Under the pieces are notes generated by a model. The model made no database searches. It was not told where the DNA came from and was given only the letters and a program-made list of their open reading frames with translations. From Clostridiales bacterium (GTDB lineage Bacteria; Bacillota; Clostridia; Christensenellales; Borkfalkiaceae), in assembly GCA_015069295.1 (NCBI GenBank), contig SVIW01000002.1:14753-78752 (forward strand): a stretch of 64,000 nucleotides of DNA, given 5' to 3'. The position numbers were made by a program, and so were the translations under genes. This document shows, piece by piece, positions 55,245 to 64,000 of this stretch (positions within the stretch are counted from its first letter, which is position 1; the number at the start of each line of letters is the position of its first letter).

Positions 55245-57554
55245 ATGTACATAAAACGGAAACTCGATTTTTACCGACTGTTTTTATATCTTGGACTTTT
55301 TATGGCGGCGCTTTGCCTGTATTTTGTCGGGGATAACGGCGAGCCCTTCTCTTTAATTTTGTTTTTCGCGATGGCAGGTACCGATTTACCCCTTTTTCCC
55401 TCTGCCGTTATCGGCGTTTTGCCCAGCCTATTTTCCCTTGACGTTTTGCTAATTCTTTTATATTTAGGACAAGCCGTCTTGATTGCGGCAGGCTATTTTA
55501 TCGAAAGGAAACTGCCAAACGGAGCGTGGAAACGCTCGAAATTTTTCCCCGCGCTTTTTTTGACCCTCGCGCTTTTGTTATTCGTGCTCCTTGCCCCTTT
55601 TCGTTGCTATTATCTTCCCTTTTTAGGGGATTTAGCCAATCAACCGACTTCGCAAAAAGTGCTTTTTTCCGCGTTCTTGTTCCTTTTGTCGGCAATTTTC
55701 CGCGTTGCCTTGAAAACTCTCTTAAAAAAGGTGTTAAAGTGCAAACCCCGCACGGACGAGGGGGCGTTTACCGCCGTTTTTTTACTGCTCGTCGGGGTCG
55801 GCGCCTGCCGTTTTTTCAGCGTGAACGCGTACCTGGGTATCGCTATTTTTATTTTACTGCTATTTGGGTACTGCACGAAAGACGCGCTGGTTTTGTTGTG
55901 CGCCTTCCTTCTTTCCCTGCCGCCTTTCTTAATCGGCGGGGTCGGGATTGCGCTATTTTTCCTTTACGGCGTCGCGATTGCGCTCTTTTCTAAATCGGGT
56001 CGCTTGGCGACTTCGTGCGCCCTTTTGACCGTCTTTTTTGCGCACGGCTATTTTGAGGGTTTATACGGATTTCCCACTTCGCAACTGATTGCTTCCTTAC
56101 TGTCCGTGCTTTTACCCGTACTCTTTTTCATTTTGTTGCCCGCGCCTTTATTAAAGAGTATGGAAAACAGAATCCTTTTTTATCGGGAACGCCACCTTAC
56201 GCGTATTGCCATCAATCGCAATCGCGCCGCCGTCGGGGAAAAGCTGTTTGAAATTTCCGCCGTCTTCCGCGAAATTCAAACGGCGTTTTCTTCCCTTGGC
56301 GATAAGGAAGCGGATAGTATGGCAAAACGCTTTATCCGCAATCAGGTTATTGAAGAGACTTGCAAAAACTGCCCCGCTTACGAGGCGTGCAGCCAAAAGG
56401 AGCTATTGCTCTCCTTCGACGCTTTGGTGGATATCGGATGCCAAAAAGGAAAAGCCAATCTCATCGATATCCCCCGTCGATTGGCGGAAACCTGCGTAAA
56501 CCACAGCGAAATTTTGTATTCGCTAAATAAGCAGCTTATCGAATACAAACGCTACGTTGCCGACGCGGAAAACACGGCGTCGGGCAGAAGCTTGTTGGCA
56601 GGACAAGCGCAAGGGGTCAGCGAGATATTAAAAAATTTGGCTTTGGAGCAAAGCGAGCCGCTGCCCGTACATACCGCGCGGGAGCGAGCTTTTATAAACG
56701 CACTTTTAAACGTAGGGATTGTCAGCAACGAAATTTTAATCTACGGCGACGAAGAGAATATAACCCTCTCCCTCGTCAGTTACGGAAAAGCAGACGTCAA
56801 AAAAATAGCCGCCGTTGCCTCTCATCTTTTCCAAACCCCGATGATGATTTCGCAGCGTTTCACCCTTTCCCACGACAAATTCTGCTGTATCCTGCGAAAA
56901 AAACCCTACTTTGACGCCGCGTTTGGCGTTGCCTCGATGCGGAAATCGGGCGAAAGCGCCAGCGGGGACACTCATTCGGTCATCAAAATCGACGAAAGAA
57001 AATTTTTGGTTACTCTCGCCGACGGTATGGGCAGCGGCGAATACGCCAAGCAAATTTCCGAAAGCACCGTTTCTCTTTTAGAAAGTTTTTATCGGGCGAA
57101 AATGCCGCCCGACCTCATTCTTAGCACCGTCAACAAACTGCTGACCTTTCATAAAGAGGAAAGCTTTGCCTGCGTAGACGTTGCCACTATCGATTTGGAC
57201 AACGGGCGTGCAGACGTCGTTAAAATCGGTTCTCCCCTCGCCTTTATTTTATCGGATAATACGGTAAAGGTCTTGGAAAGCGCAACCTTGCCTTTGGGGA
57301 TTCTCGATTGCTTGCGCCCCGAAACCGCCAGTTACGAGCTGCAAGAAAACGACGTATTGCTGTTTTTAAGCGACGGGGTTAGCGATGCATTCGGCTCACC
57401 CGCCGACCTATACGAAATTTTGCGCACTCTACCCATACGAAACCCGCAGGAACTCGTCGATTTGTTGGTGGAAAAAGCCCTGCAAGCCTACGGAAACGTT
57501 GCCAAAGACGATATGACGGCACTTGCCGTACGACTTTTTAAAAACACGGAATAA
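55245..57554 (+). CDS. spoIIE: Stage II sporulation protein E (membrane PP2C phosphatase)
   Basis: 769 aa. About 10 N-terminal TM helices, a central domain, and a C-terminal PP2C domain (SGDTHSVIKIDERKFLVTLADGMGSG, DDMTALAV). Confidence 0.9.
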   Translation: MYIKRKLDFYRLFLYLGLFMAALCLYFVGDNGEPFSLILFFAMAGTDLPLFPSAVIGVLPSLFSLDVLLILLYLGQAVLIAAGYFIERKLPNGAWKRSKFFPALFLTLALLLFVLLAPFRCYYLPFLGDLANQPTSQKVLFSAFLFLLSAIFRVALKTLLKKVLKCKPRTDEGAFTAVFLLLVGVGACRFFSVNAYLGIAIFILLLFGYCTKDALVLLCAFLLSLPPFLIGGVGIALFFLYGVAIALFSKSGRLATSCALLTVFFAHGYFEGLYGFPTSQLIASLLSVLLPVLFFILLPAPLLKSMENRILFYRERHLTRIAINRNRAAVGEKLFEISAVFREIQTAFSSLGDKEADSMAKRFIRNQVIEETCKNCPAYEACSQKELLLSFDALVDIGCQKGKANLIDIPRRLAETCVNHSEILYSLNKQLIEYKRYVADAENTASGRSLLAGQAQGVSEILKNLALEQSEPLPVHTARERAFINALLNVGIVSNEILIYGDEENITLSLVSYGKADVKKIAAVASHLFQTPMMISQRFTLSHDKFCCILRKKPYFDAAFGVASMRKSGESASGDTHSVIKIDERKFLVTLADGMGSGEYAKQISESTVSLLESFYRAKMPPDLILSTVNKLLTFHKEESFACVDVATIDLDNGRADVVKIGSPLAFILSDNTVKVLESATLPLGILDCLRPETASYELQENDVLLFLSDGVSDAFGSPADLYEILRTLPIRNPQELVDLLVEKALQAYGNVAKDDMTALAVRLFKNTE

Positions 57555-57560
57555 TAAAAC

Positions 57561-57591
57561 GAACCGCGCTGTGTTGCACACAGCGCGGTTC
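57561..57591. terminator. Hairpin between spoIIE (+) and the small lipoprotein gene (-)
   Basis: 13-bp stem gaaccgcgctgtg / cacagcgcggttc with loop ttgca. The U-tracts are modest on both strands. Confidence 0.62.
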
Positions 57592-57598
57592 CCCTTGT

Positions 57599-57766
57599 TT
57601 AATCGTATATATCCGTTCCCGCATCATCGCCGGGTATACTGCTTTGTCCCGAACCTGCACTTGATTTGGAAGACTCGTCCTTCCCGTCGTTCGTTCCGCA
57701 CGCAGCAAGCGCCAAGCAACCGATTACGCACAAAAATAAAGCCAGAAAACGTTTTACTCTTTTCAC
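57599..57766 (-). CDS. Small lipoprotein (55 aa), not in the ORF track
   Basis: My own codon-by-codon translation from GTG 57766: VKRVKRFLALFLCVIGCLALAAC-GTNDGKDESSKSSAGSGQSSIPGDDAGTDIYD, ending at TAA 57601-57599. AAGGAG lies 6 nt upstream of the GTG. Lipobox LAAC. Confidence 0.55.
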   Translation of the reverse strand: MKRVKRFLALFLCVIGCLALAACGTNDGKDESSKSSAGSGQSSIPGDDAGTDIYD

Positions 57767-57790
57767 CGCTTACTCCTTCGTCCTAAAATT

Positions 57791-57816
57791 CGACCGCCCT
57801 TGAAAAAGGACGGTCG
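57791..57816 (-). terminator. Probable terminator after the ABC ATPase gene
   Basis: cgaccgccctt / aaggacggtcg stem (one mismatch) with loop gaaa. On the minus strand it is followed by AATTTTAGG. Confidence 0.5.
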
Positions 57817-57829
57817 GTAAGACTGCAAA

Positions 57830-59245
57830 TTATTCTTCGTCTTTCGTTTCTTCAACAGGAGCTTCTTCTACGGGAGCTTCCTCTACGGGAGCTTCTTCTA
57901 CGGGAGCTTCCGCAGCCTGCTGTTTCGCAGCGCGTTTTGCCATTCTTGCGTCCTTTCTAGCCTGCGCTTTCATTTCCTTCGTTACGATACGAGCCGCATC
58001 GATCTGCGCGCGCATTTCCTGAGGTGTAGGAGGTACGAACGCCGAACCTTCCGCATTTTCTTCGATAACTTCGTAACCTTCGTCTCTTTCGAGCAAGGAA
58101 GCTTCCGTTTCGCCGTCGAAAAGGTGTACGTGGTGCGCGTCGAAGGCAAGTTCAATAACGTCGTTAAGCGCAACGATTGCACGGCTGGAAATCTTTGCGA
58201 TCATCTGCGTGGAGTTGTCGATAATCGACGCTTCTTTGCCTTCGTGATCAAGTTCGCAATAGATTTGCGTTTCTGCACCGAGTTTTTCGATAACTTCGAT
58301 ACGAGCCTGTACTACGGTGTCGGGCGAGTTGGAAATGAACATCTGGTCTTGGTGAATATCTTCGGGACGAACGCCAAGCGTTACAATCTTACCGGTGTCA
58401 AGGTATTCGTTGATGTTCTTAATTCTTGCAGCAACGCTCTTAGGAAGAAGAATCTTGTTGTTACCGGTGAAGTTTACGTAAATTTTACCTGCTTCGCTGG
58501 TCAAGGTAGCTTCTTTGAAGAAGTTCATCTGAGGCGTACCGATGAAGCTTGCAACGAAAAGGTTTACGGGATAATCGTACAAGTTCTGAGGGGTATCTAC
58601 CTGCTGCATAAAGCCGTCTTTCATAACGACGATTCTCGTACCCATGGTCATAGCTTCGATTTGGTCGTGCGTAACGTAGATGAACGTCGTTGCAAGACGA
58701 GCGTGAAGCTTGGAGATTTCCGTTCTCATCGAAGCACGGAGTTTTGCGTCGAGGTTGGACAAAGGTTCGTCCAAAAGGAATACCTTAGGTTCACGAACGA
58801 TCGTACGGCCGAGCGCAACACGTTGTCTTTGACCACCGGACAATGCCTTGGGTTTTCTGGAAAGGTAGTCGGTGATACCGAGGATTTCAGCCGCAGCCTT
58901 AACCTTCTGGTCGATGACTTCCTTGGGTACTTTACGAAGTTTCAAACCGAACGCCATATTGTCGTAAACGGTCATGTGGGGATACAAAGCGTAGTTCTGG
59001 AATACCATCGCGATATCTCTATCCTTGGGAACGACTTCGTTTACGAGTTTCCCGTCGATATAAAGTTCACCGCTGGAAATTTCTTCCAAACCTGCGATCA
59101 TACGAAGAGTCGTAGATTTACCGCAACCGGAAGGTCCTACGAGTACGATGAATTCTTTATCTCTGATATCGAGACAGAAATTGAATACTGCTTGTACGCC
59201 CGAAGGGTATACTTTGTTAATGCCTTTCAGCAAAAGTCCTGCCAT
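57830..59245 (-). CDS. Stand-alone sugar-import ABC ATPase (MsmX/MalK/UgpC-like) with a ~100-aa C-terminal extension ending in EAPVEE repeats
   Basis: Walker A GPSGCGKST, signature LSGGQRQR, Walker B FLLDEPLSNLD and a TOBE-like region. The tail reads ...QQAAEAPVEEAPVEEAPVEEAPVEETKDEE. No permease or binding-protein gene is adjacent. Confidence 0.9.
   Translation of the reverse strand: MAGLLLKGINKVYPSGVQAVFNFCLDIRDKEFIVLVGPSGCGKSTTLRMIAGLEEISSGELYIDGKLVNEVVPKDRDIAMVFQNYALYPHMTVYDNMAFGLKLRKVPKEVIDQKVKAAAEILGITDYLSRKPKALSGGQRQRVALGRTIVREPKVFLLDEPLSNLDAKLRASMRTEISKLHARLATTFIYVTHDQIEAMTMGTRIVVMKDGFMQQVDTPQNLYDYPVNLFVASFIGTPQMNFFKEATLTSEAGKIYVNFTGNNKILLPKSVAARIKNINEYLDTGKIVTLGVRPEDIHQDQMFISNSPDTVVQARIEVIEKLGAETQIYCELDHEGKEASIIDNSTQMIAKISSRAIVALNDVIELAFDAHHVHLFDGETEASLLERDEGYEVIEENAEGSAFVPPTPQEMRAQIDAARIVTKEMKAQARKDARMAKRAAKQQAAEAPVEEAPVEEAPVEEAPVEETKDEE
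57848..57912. repeat. 15-bp tandem repeat (ttctacgggagcttc type) encoding EAPVEE units
   Basis: Four near-perfect units. The stretch 57882-57907 is identical to 25316-25341. Confidence 0.85.
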
Positions 59246-59393
59246 AATCTTTTTCCTCCTAAGGGATTATCATTTTTTCATTACTACTATTTTACAACAT
59301 TTCAATTTTTTTTACAATGGGCAAAATCTACAAACTTGCCCCACTCTATTGTCTATTTTGTACAAGGAAAACGCCGCGCGGCCTTATTTTGCC

Positions 59394-60320
59394 TTACGGC
59401 AGCACTTTTCCCGTCGCCGCGTATAAGGCGTACCACTCTTCCCTCGTCAAAGTAATATCCCCCGCCTTGCACAATTCCTTCATGCGTTCGGGCGAAGTCG
59501 TACCCGTAACGACCTGCTTAAACGCAGGGTGGCGCAAAATCCAAGCAAGCGCGATTGCAGACGGCGACGCGTCGTATTTTTCCGCCAGCTCGTCCAGCTT
59601 TGCGTTCAGTCGGGGGAATTTTTCATTCCCTACGAACACCCCTTCGAAGAACCCGTACTGCAAAGGCGACCAAGCCTGCAAGGGAATTTTCCGAAGACGG
59701 GCGTATTCCATCGCATCGCCCGCGCGGGTAACCGATTCGTCCTTTTCCATATTGACGTTAAACCCTGCGTCCACGGGCAGGGTATGTCCCAAGGAAAATT
59801 GCATTTGGTTCGCCACGATTTCTATCCCGCAGGATTTAAATAATTTCATCTGCATTGCGGAGAAATTGCTTACGCCAAAAGCGCGTACCTTGCCTTCTTC
59901 TTTGAGTTGTTCGAAAGCGTCTACGACCTCTTCCGTTTCCACCAAAGTATCGGGACGGTGCAAAAGCAGCACGTCGATATATTCGGTATTGAGGCGTTTC
60001 AAACTCCCCTCGACGGAAGAAAGAATATAGTCTTTCGAAAAATCAAACATACCGATTTTCCCGTCCGCGTTTTTGCGGATACCGCATTTCGTCTGCAAGA
60101 GGTAATTTTTTCTCTGCACGCCCAAATCCCGCATCGCCACGCCGAACACCTTTTCACAGTTCCCGCCGCCGTAAATATCGGCAAGGTCAAAGGTGTTTAC
60201 GCCCGCGCTCATCGCTTGCACGATCGTCTTCTCCGTCTGCGCCAAAGGCTTGTCGCCAATCCGCATACAGCCCATCACGACAGCCGACGAAGGCATATTT
60301 CCAAGATTGCAATATTTCAT
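59394..60320 (-). CDS. Aldo/keto reductase
   Basis: 308 aa. NTFDLADIYGGG, LLHRPD and GVSNFS motifs. GGGAGG RBS. Confidence 0.87.
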   Translation of the reverse strand: MKYCNLGNMPSSAVVMGCMRIGDKPLAQTEKTIVQAMSAGVNTFDLADIYGGGNCEKVFGVAMRDLGVQRKNYLLQTKCGIRKNADGKIGMFDFSKDYILSSVEGSLKRLNTEYIDVLLLHRPDTLVETEEVVDAFEQLKEEGKVRAFGVSNFSAMQMKLFKSCGIEIVANQMQFSLGHTLPVDAGFNVNMEKDESVTRAGDAMEYARLRKIPLQAWSPLQYGFFEGVFVGNEKFPRLNAKLDELAEKYDASPSAIALAWILRHPAFKQVVTGTTSPERMKELCKAGDITLTREEWYALYAATGKVLP

Positions 60321-60359
60321 AAGGTTTTCCTCCCTTTCCTATTCCTATTTAAAAAATCC

Positions 60360-60992
60360 CTATTCGGCAAACGGAGCGTAGTATTCCGCCCCTTTTTCCA
60401 AAAATACTCTGCCCTGCATATAATCGACGAGCTCCTTGCAAAACCCGTCCGCCCCGCTTTTTTTCACGGCGACTTGAAAACAGACTTTTTCCCCGTAATC
60501 GGTGGAAAGTAGGGTACAGGTATGCGTTGAAAGGTATTTTTGCACCCCGTCTATCCCCGTGTAGTCCACCTCGATACGCCACTGTTGACACATCTCCAAA
60601 ACACGGATATCCGCCCCGTCGAGGTTTTCCGCAGCCGAGGACGAATAGGCGCGTACCAGCCCGCCTGCCCCCAGCTTTATTCCACCGAAATAGCGCACCA
60701 CCGCCACCGCGGTTTCAAACAACTTTTTGTTTTTTAATACCTCTAAAATCGGAACCCCCGCCGTGCCCTGCGGCTCGCCGTCGTCGGAAAAACGCTGTAA
60801 ATTCCCCGTTTTATCCGCGATAAACGCATAGCAAACGTGGGTCGCAAGCGAGTGTTTCCCCCGAATCTCCGCAATAAACGCGCGGGCTTCCTCCTCGCTT
60901 TCCACGTGCGCAGAGTAGGTCAAAAAGCGGGATTTTTCAATTATTTTTTCACTTTCATAACGGGCAAATACCGTCCGCACCGATTTTTCCAC
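60360..60992 (-). CDS. YigZ / IMPACT-family protein (UPF0029)
   Basis: 210 aa. IEKSRFLTYSAHVESEEEA...ATHVCYAF...DDGEPQGTAGVPIL is typical YigZ. GTG start with AGGAG 6 nt upstream. Confidence 0.85.
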   Translation of the reverse strand: MEKSVRTVFARYESEKIIEKSRFLTYSAHVESEEEARAFIAEIRGKHSLATHVCYAFIADKTGNLQRFSDDGEPQGTAGVPILEVLKNKKLFETAVAVVRYFGGIKLGAGGLVRAYSSSAAENLDGADIRVLEMCQQWRIEVDYTGIDGVQKYLSTHTCTLLSTDYGEKVCFQVAVKKSGADGFCKELVDYMQGRVFLEKGAEYYAPFAE

Positions 60993-61021
60993 GCTTTTCT
61001 CCTTTTGCTTTTTCCTCTTGC

Positions 61022-62162
61022 TTATACCTGCGGAACTTCAATCGTCGGCACGCTATAATTGAAAACAAATTCGTAATATTGCCCTTCTTCCCACGAATCC
61101 GAGGCGATCTCCAGTTTAATGAGCTTTCCGTCCTCAAAATACGCCCAATACATACATTCGTCTACCGTGTAGGTATAGCATTTTGCCTCTTCGTCGTACA
61201 CCGCGCCTTCAAGGTTTTCACAGCCTTTGACGTATTCGCCGTGTCCGCCCATAGTCGTTGCAGAATTCAATAAAAAGTCCCAAGGTCTGTACGAAGTACC
61301 CGTACGGTGCGTTTTCGTCCACTCCTTTCCGAGTTCTTTAAAATATTCGTAAATTTCCCCGTCTTCCGCCATTTCGTATACCTGCTCGAAATAGATCGTT
61401 GCGGTATAGATCAATTTATCCGCAACCCGCACGTCATAAACAAGTCTCGGCTCTTCCAGCTCTGCAGTGCCGATCGAAAAACGGATCGTACGCGGCGTTT
61501 CGCTCTTCGGCGCTACCGCTGCCCAAGCCGCCGCCCAAGCTTCTTGCGTTTCGATTTCCGTCGAAACAACGAGGGTAGCATTGGGCAAAGTCAACGTCTC
61601 CGGAGTGTAATCGTAGGTAACCTTCCAAACGGTAGTAAACGCTGTAAAGCTGTTTTCCACGACCTTTCCGTCTTCGAACCTAATGAAAAAGTCGGAGAAA
61701 AAGCTGCCCTCGCCGAGGCTCTCCGCCTCGTAGCCGCCCTTGTCTACGTTGTAAGTAAATTCTTCGTAGGTATACATTTCGGCAATATCGTACAAATCTT
61801 CAAAGTACGACGTATATTCCTCTTGGGGGAATGGCAGATTTAAACCATTCTTCGCCCGATTTTTCGTAAGCGTAATACTTGCCGTCTTCTTTCGAGAAAT
61901 ACCGTTCCGGTGCGCCCACCGTTCCAATCTTCAAAATATCGCCGTCGATCGTGTACACCTCCCACGAACCTTGTCCCGATACGGTATAGGAAAATTGTTC
62001 CAAATCAAATTGCAACGCGCTTTCCCATTCCGCTTTCGTTACCTCGTTCGTAACCGCGGGCGCGCTATTTTCGCTTCCGTTCCCGTTTTCTTCTGTTTCG
62101 CCGCACGCCGCAAACGCAAGCGCCGTGCAAAGCGCAAGCAAACCGATAGATAATTTTTTCAT
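61022..62162 (-). pseudogene. Lipoprotein gene interrupted by a +1 frameshift at a G5/C5 homopolymer (or a sequencing or phase-variable indel)
   Basis: Two overlapping track ORFs (61800-62162, with lipobox LAFAAC, and 61022-61927) lie in adjacent frames. Removing one G from ggggg at 61825-61829 joins them as ...EEWFKSAIPQEEYTSYFEDLYD..., about 379 aa. Confidence 0.7.
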
Positions 62163-62181
62163 TTTTTTCTCCTTATTTTTT

Positions 62182-62208
62182 AAAAAAGGGCGGAATAATC
62201 CACCCTTT
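62182..62208 (-). terminator. Intrinsic terminator after tyrS
   Basis: Minus strand: GGGTGGA-TTAT-TCCGCCC (one G-U pair) followed by TTTTTT. Confidence 0.7.
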
Positions 62209-62211
62209 TCC

Positions 62212-63405
62212 TTATTTTACGATTATTTTCAAATGTACTTTTTTCCCTTTGTGCAAAACGAATTCCGCACTCGGAATGGGCATATTCGGGTCGGAAACCT
62301 TCGTTTCGTCCACGGAAACGCCGCCCTGTTCTATCAAACGGCGAGCCTCGCCCTTGGATTTTGCAACGCCCGCCGCCACCATAGCGTCCACAACCGTCGC
62401 AACGCCCGTTACTTCCTTCGTCAAAAGCTCTGCATTTGCGCCGCCGAACGCCGCTTTTGCCTGGCTTTGCGCAAGGTTCGCCTTTTCCTCGCCGTGCACC
62501 TCTTTCGTGAGCTCGTACGCCAACACTTCCTTGGCGTGGTTGATCCGCTCGTCCTTGTGCGCGCAAAGCGCCTCGATCTCTTCCAAAGGCAGGAAGGTCA
62601 AAAGCTTCATACACTTTTCCACGTCCGCGTCGTCGATGTTTCTCCAATATTGATAGAACTCGTACGGGGTCGTCTTGTTCTCGTCCAGCCACACCGCACC
62701 CTTTGCCGTCTTACCCATCTTCTTGCCGTCCGAAGTCGTCAAAAGCGTAAACGTCATCGCGTACGCAGGCGCTTGTTCTTTTCTTCTAATGAGGTCCGCG
62801 CCCGCCAAAATGTTACTCCATTGGTCGTCGCCGCCAAGCTCCAACTGACAGCCGTATTTTCTATACAACACGAGGAAATCGTAGCCTTGCATCAACATAT
62901 AGTTGAATTCGAGGAAGGACAGACCGCGTTCTAAACGCTGTTTAAAACATTCCGCCGTCAACATTCTGTTTACGGAGAAATGAGTACCGATTTCACGCAA
63001 GAAATCGATATAGTTCAAATCGAGCAGCCAATCACCGTTATCTACGATAATCGCGGCGTTTTCACCCTCGAAATCGATAAAGCGTGCCATCTGCTTTTTA
63101 AAACATTCAACGTTGTGGCGAATGGTTTCTTTCGTCATCATCGAACGCATATCCGTTCTGCCCGACGGGTCGCCGACCATCGCCGTACCGCCGCCGATCA
63201 AGATAATGGGCTTATGCCCCGCCTGCTGCATATGGTGCATTGCGATAAGCTGCATAAAATGCCCAACGTGCAGCGAATCCGCCGTGGGGTCGAACCCGAT
63301 ATAGAAAGGCACGCTCTCCTTACCTAATTTTTCGTACAACTCTTCCTCAAACACCGTTTGTTTGACGAACCCTCTCGCACGGAGCGTATCCATTACGTTT
63401 GCCAT
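62212..63405 (-). CDS. tyrS: Tyrosine--tRNA ligase
   Basis: Start at ATG 63405 (AGGAG 8 nt upstream). Contains [13 protein letters not shown] (HIGH), KMGKT (KMSKS) and a C-terminal S4 domain. Confidence 0.95.
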   Translation of the reverse strand: MANVMDTLRARGFVKQTVFEEELYEKLGKESVPFYIGFDPTADSLHVGHFMQLIAMHHMQQAGHKPIILIGGGTAMVGDPSGRTDMRSMMTKETIRHNVECFKKQMARFIDFEGENAAIIVDNGDWLLDLNYIDFLREIGTHFSVNRMLTAECFKQRLERGLSFLEFNYMLMQGYDFLVLYRKYGCQLELGGDDQWSNILAGADLIRRKEQAPAYAMTFTLLTTSDGKKMGKTAKGAVWLDENKTTPYEFYQYWRNIDDADVEKCMKLLTFLPLEEIEALCAHKDERINHAKEVLAYELTKEVHGEEKANLAQSQAKAAFGGANAELLTKEVTGVATVVDAMVAAGVAKSKGEARRLIEQGGVSVDETKVSDPNMPIPSAEFVLHKGKKVHLKIIVK

Positions 63406-63458
63406 CTTATTATCTCCTTTTACGTACAAGGCTTTCGCCTTTGCTATCTTACCTTTCT

Positions 63459-63487
63459 ACTTTACACTTTTCCCCCTTTTTTGTCAA
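63459..63487 (-). promoter_or_regulatory. Candidate sigma-A promoter of tyrS
   Basis: Minus strand: TTGACA (63487-63482), 17 nt, TAAAGT (63464-63459). This leaves only a ~50-nt leader. Confidence 0.5.
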
Positions 63488-63551
63488 GCGTTTTATTGGT
63501 ATTTCCTTGGATACCCCGTTAAAAACCCCAATTCCATTCGCTCTTGCTTTC

Positions 63552-63749
63552 CTATGCAAACGCACGCTGGCGGGGCAGAAGAATTTCCGCGCTGCCGCAA
63601 GGAAAAACCAACGCCGCGTACAGTTCGGCAACGGCGTCTTCTTTCGTCCGTTCTTGCAAGCGTTTTTTCAGCTCCGCATTGTACGCCGCGTTTTTTCTCT
63701 TTGCTCTTTTTACTTCCATTTCTTGAATATATTCGTCAAAATTCGTCAT
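63552..63749 (-). CDS. Hypothetical small charged protein (65 aa)
   Basis: Internal ATG at 63749 with AAGGACGGGA upstream. MTNFDEYIQEMEVKRAKRKNAAYNAELKKRLQERTKEDAVAELY looks helical. Coding status is uncertain. Confidence 0.4.
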   Translation of the reverse strand: MTNFDEYIQEMEVKRAKRKNAAYNAELKKRLQERTKEDAVAELYAALVFPCGSAEILLPRQRAFA

Positions 63750-63798
63750 AATTTCCCGTCCTTTTTTCCTTTGATATCTAAATTTTAACACGGAAAAC

Positions 63799-63827
63799 TT
63801 GACAACATCTGTCATATATGATAAAAT
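63799..63827 (+). promoter_or_regulatory. Sigma-A promoter of the HTH regulator gene at the right edge
   Basis: TTGACA (63799-63804), 17 nt, TAAAAT (63822-63827). Confidence 0.55.
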
Positions 63828-63853
63828 ATTTTTAACTTTTTAGGAGTATTTTT

Positions 63854-64000
63854 ATGAAATTTGCAATTTTGGTGTCCATTTTGTTTGACCTTTTGGCAAA
63901 GCGCAAAATTACGGCGAGCTACCTTGCCGAAAAACACGAAATTTCCACGCGCACCGTCTATCGGTATATCGACCTGCTTTCCTTGACCGTACCCGTCTAC
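63854..64000 (+). CDS. HTH transcriptional regulator, N-terminal fragment (YafY/DeoR-type HTH_11); continues beyond the window
   Basis: AGGAG RBS. My translation is MKFAILVSILFDLLAKRKITASYLAEKHEISTRTVYRYIDLLSL, a typical HTH_11 start. Confidence 0.7.
   Translation, partial: MKFAILVSILFDLLAKRKITASYLAEKHEISTRTVYRYIDLLSLTVPVY

Noticed and set aside
59317-60030. 237-aa plus-strand ORF; likewise 62125-62934 and 38422-38793
   Set aside because: They are antisense to the aldo/keto reductase gene, tyrS and the yitT-like gene respectively. These are shadow ORFs.
1-64000. Search for mobile elements, prophage genes, tRNA or rRNA genes and CRISPR arrays
   Set aside because: No transposase, integrase or recombinase motifs, no tRNA-like T-loop or acceptor features, and no repeat-spacer arrays were seen by eye. 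The two AT-rich islets lack any mobility gene.

Overview
About 64 kb of chromosome from a spore-forming Firmicute (Clostridia-like). Evidence: spoIIE, a SpoVB-like flippase, DUF1540 and LysM genes, Gram-positive lipoboxes, AGGAGG-type ribosome-binding sites (RBS) and sigma-A consensus promoters. Most of the window is housekeeping. It holds metY-metA, tcdA, a pyruvate formate-lyase operon, rpoB-rpoC, an S4-domain gene with ispDF and radA, an LtaS-type sulfatase, dapL-dapF and rplI. It also holds hup, trpS, a pyrB-C-F-K-D-E operon, pgi, mazF, spoIIE, an MsmX-like ABC ATPase and tyrS. No rRNA, tRNA, CRISPR array, transposase, integrase or phage gene was seen. Four things look most worth follow-up. 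(1) PFL is split into a 677-aa core and a separately translated 77-aa glycyl-radical subunit, with a thioredoxin-fold gene coupled between pflA and pflB. (2) A mosaic, modular intergenic repeat has two copies, one after an EIIC-like permease gene and one inside the pyr operon, with hairpins conserved in shape but not in sequence. (3) An AT-rich islet between metA and tcdA encodes an XRE regulator, a zinc-ribbon membrane protein and a 488-aa Sel1-like multi-pass membrane protein of unknown function. (4) The same 15-bp minisatellite, encoding EAPVE repeats, forms the C-terminal tail of two unrelated proteins. Other points are a solitary MazF toxin next to spoIIE, a lipoprotein gene frameshifted at a G5 run, an unlisted 55-aa lipoprotein gene, and trpS and tyrS without T-box leaders. 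All calls come from reading the sequence and ORF track by eye; no database search was run.
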